Shown piece after piece: positions 54,201 to 64,000 of a stretch of DNA of 64,000 nucleotides. Origin of the DNA: the human T2T-CHM13v2.0 reference genome, Homo sapiens. The notes beneath the pieces are model-generated. The model saw only the letters and a list, made by a program, of their open reading frames with translations. It ran no database searches and had not been told where the DNA came from. The first letter of the stretch is position 1; each line of letters opens with the position of its first letter. The stretch lies in the NCBI RefSeq assembly GCF_009914755.1, contig NC_060936.1; one strand, 5' to 3'. The position numbers and the translations under genes are program-made.

Positions 54201-55402
54201 GTTGATATCCCCTTTTTCATTTTTTATTGTCTATTCTTCTTTCTTTTCTTCTTTATTTGTCTGGCTAGTGGTCCACCTACTTTGTTAGTCTTTTCAAAAA
54301 ACCAGCTCCTGGATTCATTGATTTTTTGAAGGGTTTTTTGTGTCTCTATCTCCTTCAGTTCTGCTGTGATCTTCGTTATTTCTTGTCTTCTGCTAGCTTT
54401 TGAATTTCTTTGCTCTTGCTTCTCTAGTTCTTTTAAGTGTGATGTTAGGGTGTCAATTTTAGATCTTTCCCACTTTCTCATGTGGGCAGTTAGTGCTATC
54501 AATTTCCCTCTTAACACTGCTTTAGCTGTTTCCCAGAAATTCTGGTATGTTGTGTCTTTGTTCTCACTGGTTTCAAACAACTTATTTATTTCTGACTTTA
54601 TTTTGTTATTTACGCAGTAGTCATTCAGGAGCAGGTTGTTCAGTTTCCATGTAGTTGTGCAGTTTTAAGTGAGTTTCTTAATACTGAGTTCTCATTTGAT
54701 TGCACTGTGGTCTGAGAGACTGTTATGATTTCTGTTCTTTTGCATTTGTTGAGAAGTGTTTTACTTCGAATTATGTGGTCAATTTTAGAATGGGTGTGAT
54801 GTGGTGCGGAGAAGAATGTATATTCCGTTGATTTGGGGTGGAGTGTTCTGTAGATTTCTATTAGGTCTGTTTGGTCCAGTGCTGAGTTCAAATCCTGAAG
54901 ATCCTTGTTAATTTTCTGTATTGTTGATCTGTCTAATATTGACACTGGGATGTTAAAGTCTCCCACTATTATTGTGTGGGAGTTTAAGTCTGTTTGCAGG
55001 TCTCTAAGAACTTGGTTTATGAATCTGGGTGCTCCTGTACTGGGTGCATATTTATTTAGGATAGTTAGTTCTTCTTTTTGCATTGATCCCTTTACCACTA
55101 TGTAATGCTCTTGTCTTTTTTGATCTTTGTTGGTTGAAAGTCCATTTTATCAGAGACTAGGAATGCAACCCCTGCTTTTTTTTTTTTTTTTTTTTTTGCT
55201 TTCCATTTGCTTGGTAAATATTCCTCCATCCCTTTATCTTGAGCTTATGTGTGTCTTTGCACATGAAATGGGTCTCCTGAATACAGCACACCGATGGGTC
55301 TTGTCTCTTTATCCAATTTGCCAGTCTGTGTCTTTTAATTGGGGCATTTAGCTCATTTACATTTAAGGTCAATATTGTTATGGGTTAATTTGATCCTGTC
55401 AT
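51262..55402 (-). pseudogene. Disrupted L1 ORF2 (EN/RT)
   Basis: ATG at 55402 with TAA at codon 6; fragments [50 protein letters not shown] in several frames; AluY insertion. Confidence 0.9.
52888..53196 (-). mobile_element. AluY inserted in L1 ORF2
   Basis: 17-bp TSD gaatgcttgtgattttt at 52871-52887 and 53197-53213; gcaagctc, cacgccattctcc, gatggtctcgatctcc. Confidence 0.95.
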
Positions 55403-55465
55403 TATGATGCCAGCTGGTGATTTTGCACATTAGTTGATGTAGCTTCTTCATAGTGTTGATGGTCT

Positions 55466-56453
55466 TTACAATTTGGTACATTTTTGCAGTGGCTGGTACC
55501 AGTTTTTCCTTTCCATATTTAGGGTTTCTTTCAGGAGATCCTGTAAGCTAGGCCTGGTGGCAACAAAATCCCTCAGCAGTTGCTTGTCTGTGAAGATTTT
55601 ATTTCTCCTTTGTGTTTGAAGCTGAGTTTGGCTGGATATGAAATTCTGGGTTGAAAATTCTTTTCTTCAAGAATGTTGTATTTTGGCCCCCACTCTCTTC
55701 TGGCTTGCAGGGTTTCTACAGAGAGATCTGCTGTTTTTCTAATGGGCTCCCCTTTATGGGTAACCTGACCTTTCTCTCTGGTTGCCCTTAACATTTTTTC
55801 CTTCAGTTCAACCTTAGTGAATCTGACAATTATGTGTCTGGGGGTTATTCTTCTCAAGGAGTATCTTAGCGGTGCTCTCTATATTTCCTGAATTTGAATG
55901 TTGGCCTGTCTTGCTAGGTTGGGGAAGTTCTCCTGGATAATATCCTGAAGTGTGTTTGCCAACTTGGTTCCATTCTCCTTGTCACTTTCAGGTACACCAA
56001 TCAAACATAGGTTTGGTCTTTTCACATAGTTCCATACTTTTTGGAGGCTTTGGTCATTCTTTTTCATTTCTCTCTAATCTTGTCTTCACACCTTATTTTG
56101 TTAAGTTGATCTTCAATCTCTGATATCCTTTATTTCACTTGATCGATTCATCTGTTGATACCTGTGTATACTTCACGAAGTTCTCATGCTGTGTTTCTCA
56201 GCTCCGTCAAGTCATTTATATTCTTCTGTAAACTGGTTATTCTAGTTAGCAGTTCCTGTAACCTTTTGTCAAGGTTCTTAGCTTCCTTGCCCTGGGTTAG
56301 AACACGCTCCTTTAGCTTGGAGGATTTTGTTATTACCCACCTTCTGAAGACTACTCTGTCAATTTATCAAATTCATTCTCCATCCAGTTTTTTTCCCTGG
56401 CTGGCGAAGAGTTGTGATTCTTTGGAGAAGGGGCATTCTTGTTTTTTCCTCAT
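55466..56453 (-). pseudogene. Disrupted L1 ORF1
   Basis: Fragments QSLQKVWNYVKRPNL, TPRHIIVRFTKVELKEKMLRA, FQPRISYPAKLSF. Confidence 0.88.
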
Positions 56454-57161
56454 CTATGTTTATTTATCTACCTTTGATATTTGAGGATGGTGATCTTTGG
56501 ATGGGGTTTTTGCATGGGCGTCCTTTTTGTTGATGTTGATATTATTGCTTTCTGTTTGTTAGTTTTCCTTCTAACAGTCAGGCTTCTCTTGTGCAGGTCT
56601 GTTGGAGTTTGCTGGACATCCATTGCAGACCCTTTTTGCCTGGGTATCACCAGCAGGGGCTGCAGAACAGCAAAGATCGCTGCCTTCTTCTTCCTCTGAA
56701 AGCTTTGTCCCAGAGGGGCACCCGCCAGATGCCAGCCAGAGCTCTCCTGTAGGAGGTGTCTGTCGACCCTGGCTGGGATGTGTCTCCCAGTCAGGAGGCA
56801 CAGGGGTCAGGGACCCACTTGAGCAGGCAGTCTGTCCCATAGCAGAGCTCAACCACTGTGCTGGGAGATCCACTTCTCTCTTCAGAGCTGGCAGGCAGGA
56901 ATGTTTAAGTCTGCTGAAGCTTAGCCCACAACAACCCCTCTCCCCAGGTGCTCTGTCCCAGGGGGATGGGAGTTTTATCTACAAGCCCCTGATTGAGGCT
57001 GCTGCCTTTCTTTCAGAGATGCCATGCCCAGAGAAGAGGACTCTAGAGAGGCAGTCTGGCTACAGCAGCTTTGCCTCATTGTGGTAGGTTCCACCCAATT
57101 CGAACTTCCCAGTGGCTTTGTTTACACTATTAGGGGAAAACCGCCTACTGAAGCCTCAGTA

Positions 57162-57341
57162 ATGGCTGATGCCCCTCCCCCTACCAAGCACCAGAGTCCC
57201 AGGTCGACTTCAGACTGCTGTGCTGGCAGCGGGAATTTCAAGCCAGTAGATCTTAGCTTGCTTGGTTCAATGGAAGTGGGATCCACTAAGCAAGACCACT
57301 TGGCTCCCTGGCTTCAGTCCTCTCTCCAGGGCAGTGAATGA
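57162..57341 (+). other. L1 antisense ORF0-homologous frame (59 aa)
   Basis: MADAPPP...SDCCA resembles recalled L1HS ORF0 MAGAPPP...SDCCAS; strong Kozak context gtaATGG. Confidence 0.55.
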
Positions 57342-58499
57342 TTCTGTCTCACTGGCAATCCAGGCACCACTGGGGTACGAAAAAGACTCCTGCAGCTAGC
57401 TGGATGTCTGACCAAACAGCCGCCAGTTTTGTGCTTGAAACCCAGGGCCCTGGTGGTGTAGGCACCCGAGAGAATCTCCTGGTCTGCTGGTGGCGAAAAC
57501 CATGGGAAAAGCATAGTGTCTGGGCCAGATAGCAACGTCCTTCAAGGCACAGTCCCTCAAGGGTTCCCTTGGCTAGGGGAGGGAGTTCCCTGACCCCTTG
57601 CACTTCCTGAGTGAGGCGACATCCCACCCTGCTTCTGCTTGCCCTCTGTGGGCTGCAGAAGTCCCAGTGAGATGAGCCGGGTACCTTAGTTGGAAATGCA
57701 GAAATCACCCGCCTTCTGCTTTGGTCTCACTAGGAACTGCAGACCGGAGCTGTTCCTATTTGGCCATCTTGCCCTGGAAAGACCAATCTCAACTTTTAAT
57801 GTTGATGTTCTCAGGACTCAATATTTTCATCACTTTCCTTTTCTAGCTTTAATGGTCCGTCATCTTATGTAGTGCAATAGCTTTATATTACAGTTTAGAC
57901 TAATGACTCTGAAATTCATATTTTTAACCTGTTTGCATAAGTTTTAGACTTGTATATTTCTGTCCACATTATATCTCAAATTTGATATTCTTTACCATAA
58001 ACCTTGATCTCATCAACTTCTGCACCTGCTCTTTGTTTACTATTTTTACTGGAATAAATGGCACGATAGTTTACTCAGTTATTCAACACCTAAACTTTTG
58101 AGGCTTCCTTGATATTTCTCCTATGATCTGTCTATATTCAATCCATCTTTAAGTCTTACTACTTCCGTTTACTGGCAATAAAGGACTAGTATGTTTTGGA
58201 ACAATTATCTTGAGAACAACTAGAATATTTGATAAAATAATGTATGTTTAAAGCATAGTGGAGCCAGCAGTGAGAATTTGCAGAGTCAAGATTCAGTATA
58301 AGAGAGAAACCAAAAGCAATACTCCCAAGAGAAATAATCTCAGAGTATAAAAGTTCTTTTCCCTTTGAGCTGTGGATTCCAAAAGCACCAGGTGATATTT
58401 TGAGATGTATGAACAGAGCTTGAGCAATGTCACTAAGCTGAAGACACAAAAATTGTTGACGAGATAGAGAGAAGAAAAAGACAACCTGGTAAATATCTT

Positions 58500-59845
58500 A
58501 AGCTTTGAGTTGGAATCCAAAGGGCTATACCCTACAAATGTGAGCGAAATGGAATAGCCAGTTCACACTGAGACTGAAGACCAGTTACCAACCAGCTCAA
58601 TTCTAAATTGAATTAAGATAGACATTCTATATACTAGCCATCACCCAGATGCAAAATAAATCATCTATTAGGAAATATAATATTATACAGATTTTTCAAT
58701 TATTTCCACTTTTCACATATTTATATCTGGCATTCAGTATTATATATAAGACATACAACGTATCCAAACACACACCCACATAAAAATATATACAATATAA
58801 ACATATTTATAGGAAATCTAAATGATAGAAATATATTTATAGGAAATCTAGATAATAGAGTGATTATATATATTTTAAAATATCTGCATTAAAGTATTTA
58901 CAAGACAAAATGAAATTTCAATTGATAGTTCTACTTCTGAGTATATACAGATAATTATGTGACAATTAAGAACTGATAAATATAATTACTTTAATTAAGA
59001 TATTGGTGAATTGGTTGAATATCATATTAGTCACAGTTGAAGAGGAAATTGTTACACTAAAAGATGAGTCAGATCAAAAGATTTCAACAAAAGCATGAAG
59101 AGAAATTTTTTAAAAAATGGAAATGCAGAAAAGATTATTAAAGGTATGTGATCATGGTAACAAGCTGAAACATATTTGCAAGTGCAGTTTCAAGAAAAGA
59201 GGAAAGAGAGAATGGGACATAAGCAATACTTAAAGACAGACTATTTGAAAATCTTTAAATGTGAAAAATACATTAAGCCTATGATGTAAACAGTGTAATT
59301 ACAAAAAATATCACAGTACGTACATAGTATAATTACATGTTATCACATGTATACACACATAGAATTATATTGAAATTATCAAAACCACCAACTACTTAGA
59401 AAGAAATGTAATACAAAATGTGTAAGGTGTCTACTCAAAAAACAATCATTATTGATAAATTTAACACATAAATAAATGGAAAATGTAAACTCAAAGACTC
59501 AATTTTGTAAAGAGTTTATTTCTCTCCAATTTGTTTAAAATTCAACACAATGCTAATAAAACCCAAGCTCAATTTGATGGGAAATTTAATACTTATGGAG
59601 ATGAAAATAGTCACAGAGGTATATGACCATCCTGAAGAAGAACAAAATGAGATTACCATTCTACATACCAAGATTTACTATTAAGCCACAATAATAAGGA
59701 GAATAATAGTGGTGTAAGGATTTTTAAAAGTAGAATAGAGTATACAGAATCAGATCCACCTATACAGTCTTGGTTTATGAAAAGGTAGCCCTACTTGACC
59801 CTGAGAAGAGGATAGTCTTTTTGATGAAGAGTGCTGGATTGGTTG
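58500..59845 (+). mobile_element. Old L1M (ME/MD-like) fragments
   Basis: ORF1-like cagttgaagaggaaattg...aatgcagaaaaga; ORF2-like aaagactcaat, tcctgaagaagaacaaa, ggatagtctttt. Confidence 0.55.
58803..58859. repeat. 30-bp tandem duplication
   Basis: atatttataggaaatcta(a/g)at(g/a)ataga occurs twice. Confidence 0.85.
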
Positions 59846-59849
59846 TCTA

Positions 59850-60243
59850 CCTGAGACGAGTGTACCACACAAATTGTTTGTTACGGAATGTGCTTGGGAT
59901 CATGTATGGCATGGAAGAATATCAAGCAGAGGGGAATATGAAGTTGTGATTCAGGCCCAACAACCGTTTTGAATGATCCCATGGACCTTCTGTAACTAGA
60001 GTGGCCTGACGGAGTGGTCCTTCACTGGGCTAAGGTAGCCAAACCTCTATACTACTGATTGGATCAGCCATTAGATATGAGCCACCCTTGGAAGAGAGAG
60101 ATAATTTAGGGTGAGTTGACACTCTTCAGCTGAGTTAATATCTGAAGGGATTGATAGCTGAAGGCCATATTCAGATAGCACCCTCAGCAGGTGCAGCAGT
60201 TTCTGAAGGCAGACCTGGAAGGTGCGTTAGAGTATCTACTTCA
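59850..60243 (-). mobile_element. LTR16C-like ERVL LTR
   Basis: gtgcttgggatca...ggatcagccattagatatg...ctcttcagctgag...ctgaaggcagacctgg. Confidence 0.65.
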
Positions 60244-61719
60244 CTCCATTTTATTCTAAAAATATGATTTATTATTATGTCATGTATACACTGATTAATT
60301 CATTCATTGACCAGTAACTTGATAACGGCAAGGAATTCTTCTCTTGGTTATTTTTTCTCTAATAATATATTTTACAAAAACTAGTGTTCCACAAATATTT
60401 TTAAACAAATGAGGGTGGAAAATTGGAGGCCAAACTATGAAGTGTATTGTAATTATTGATAAAAATGTGTCAGTATCTAGTTAATTCTGATATTTTTGAT
60501 ATCAGTCTTATCTAAATTTAATATTCAGCTCTGATAAGTATTAGCTAATTAGCTTTGGGCTCCTAAGTTATTCTTTTTTGGTGCAAATACTTCATTTGGT
60601 ATATGATAGAGAATAAACAAGTTATTCTTGAAAAACAATTAGATGACAGTTGTAATTTTTAGAAGCAAAGAAAATGTAACAATTAAGATTAAAGAAATAT
60701 AATTAGTTTTATTTTACTGTCATTCTCTAGCTAGTCACATTTAACTAAAAATTCTAAGTAATGGAGAGAAATTTTCAATTTGGATTATTTCAATAATAAA
60801 ATATTTTTATTTATGTCTCATTAGGAGATATAATTGTATGCCTCATGTCTAGCATACAATGCCTAGAAGTCTTCTTCATTCTGTTTTGAAAACTCATCAG
60901 TTAGTTTTTCTTTTGCCAACAAATACTGATGTCTAAATGTCTGAGAGCTTTCGCCAATAATGACATTCATTACCCGTCAGCTTCTTTTATAAAACTTGAA
61001 CTTTAAAAATACATGTTTTATTACTATTATAAATCCAAAGCAAAATAAGGAGGAATACACTTTTAACATGTAGCTTCTAAATTATTCTGCCACATGTACT
61101 GTTTAGGAATGAATTATGATAAATTTCCAAATACATTATCATGACCAAAACTCTAACTGATGTGTCTTTCCAGCTCTTTCTTAGTGAATCTTAACTCAAA
61201 TATTTCAGATCTTCTTTTCTCTGCCCTAGTTACCACCTCTACATCAATTACCCTTTGTAAGCTAGTCGTTTTTCTTCTTCTATTGTACTTTCTGTAAATG
61301 GCTTTTTTATATGTCCAAAATAAATTCTAAACATGACAAAATGTGAAAGGCTATCATTAAATCTGTTTCCCTTAAAATAACTTTTTAAATTAAGTTTTAA
61401 TTTTACAATAATTTTGTGATTATTATGTCTATCTTGACATTAGAGAACCAGAGCTGCAAAAATATTTAGAATGAGCTATTAGAGTACAGGAATTGAATTT
61501 TCTTGTAACAATTGCAGAATTAGTACATTACTAGTATTTATATAATTTGATGTATTTTTTCCTTGATTGATGTAATTCAAATGAGATATATCTTTCAGAA
61601 TTATTTGAAAATAATAAAAATATGTCATGTCAGGGTCACTTTAGAAGTGACCGCAATCTTCTCATTACAGTAGGATTTGAATTATCAAGGTTATTTATAC
61701 ATCAGAAAGAAATTGTTGC

Positions 61720-63395
<1,676 letters not shown>

Positions 63396-64000
63396 GTGGT
63401 TAGTCAAAAGATGAGAATAGCTAACCAATTTCTTTACAATAAATAAATAATTAAGTAAAAGTCAGAACAGTCATCTCAAGCACAGTTTCACTTAAGTACG
63501 CTTTAAGCAAAGGCCTTTGAGAAATATGATTCTGTTGGCAAGTCCATCCGTTTTTGGAGGTGGATGCAAAATATTCATTGAACGAATTCTGCAAATGCCA
63601 GTGCCATTTTTTATGACCATCTCATTTGGAGGAAAGGAATGCAACAGGTTATTTTAGTTTTTGCATTAATCTTAAATTTACTTTCTATATTCCAAAGCTG
63701 TGATATCCATACAAGCTTCAGATTTTGATTTAGCTTCCCTTATGTGTCTGTCTAGATCAAAATAACACTGGTCATGTGGCATTATGATTAATTAGCATCA
63801 TTCTCATGAGTTTTTTTTTAATATGAGCCCACTAAACAAAAAGAAATCTGCTTTTAGTGTGAAGACAAAATCAGATTTCAAATCTATAAGTAAGAAAGCT
63901 ATATTCTGAACTATGGAAAATCACCAGACAAATAAACATTAGAAGACAACCCGTTCCTAACAAGTGCTCTCCCTCTGTCTTTCTCTCTCTGATTCATTAT

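Larger units (their letters stand above)
51186..57775 (-). mobile_element. Near full-length L1PA7-like LINE-1 lacking the distal 3'UTR and poly(A)
   Basis: 5'UTR start caagatggccaaataggaacagctccggtctgcag; collinear ORF1 and ORF2 peptide fragments in the ORF track. Confidence 0.93.

Noticed and set aside
56468-57872. Dense ORFs of 60-161 aa
   Set aside because: L1PA7 5'UTR sequence; only the ORF0-like frame has a known counterpart.

Overview
AT-rich, gene-poor hominoid (human-like) genomic DNA, either intergenic or deep intronic. I found no credible host protein-coding exon, rRNA, tRNA or CRISPR feature. The longer ORFs in the track are fragments of L1, Alu, LTR or MER75 sequence; the rest look like chance frames. 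The window is a layered transposon record: a near full-length L1PA7-like element (51186-57775, minus), a TSD-bounded L1PB4-like element carrying a MER75 piggyBac MITE (35157-39960), two L1PA3-like 3' fragments, several L1M/L2/MIR relics, seven near-complete Alus plus one 5' fragment, MaLR/ERVL solo LTRs and DNA-transposon relics (Tigger3a, MER58B, MADE1, MER5A). The most interesting observations are structural: an apparently mosaic L1 whose middle resembles another subfamily, a MER75 retaining a PGBD4-like N-terminal frame with exon-trap-like signals, two local non-tandem duplications (one with a snap-back/slippage junction), two twin-primed L1s with large gaps, an Alu/L1 fusion deletion and a strong CTCF motif. 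Subfamily names come from recalled consensus sequences and need RepeatMasker/Dfam confirmation. I do not see convincing evidence of a new gene system.
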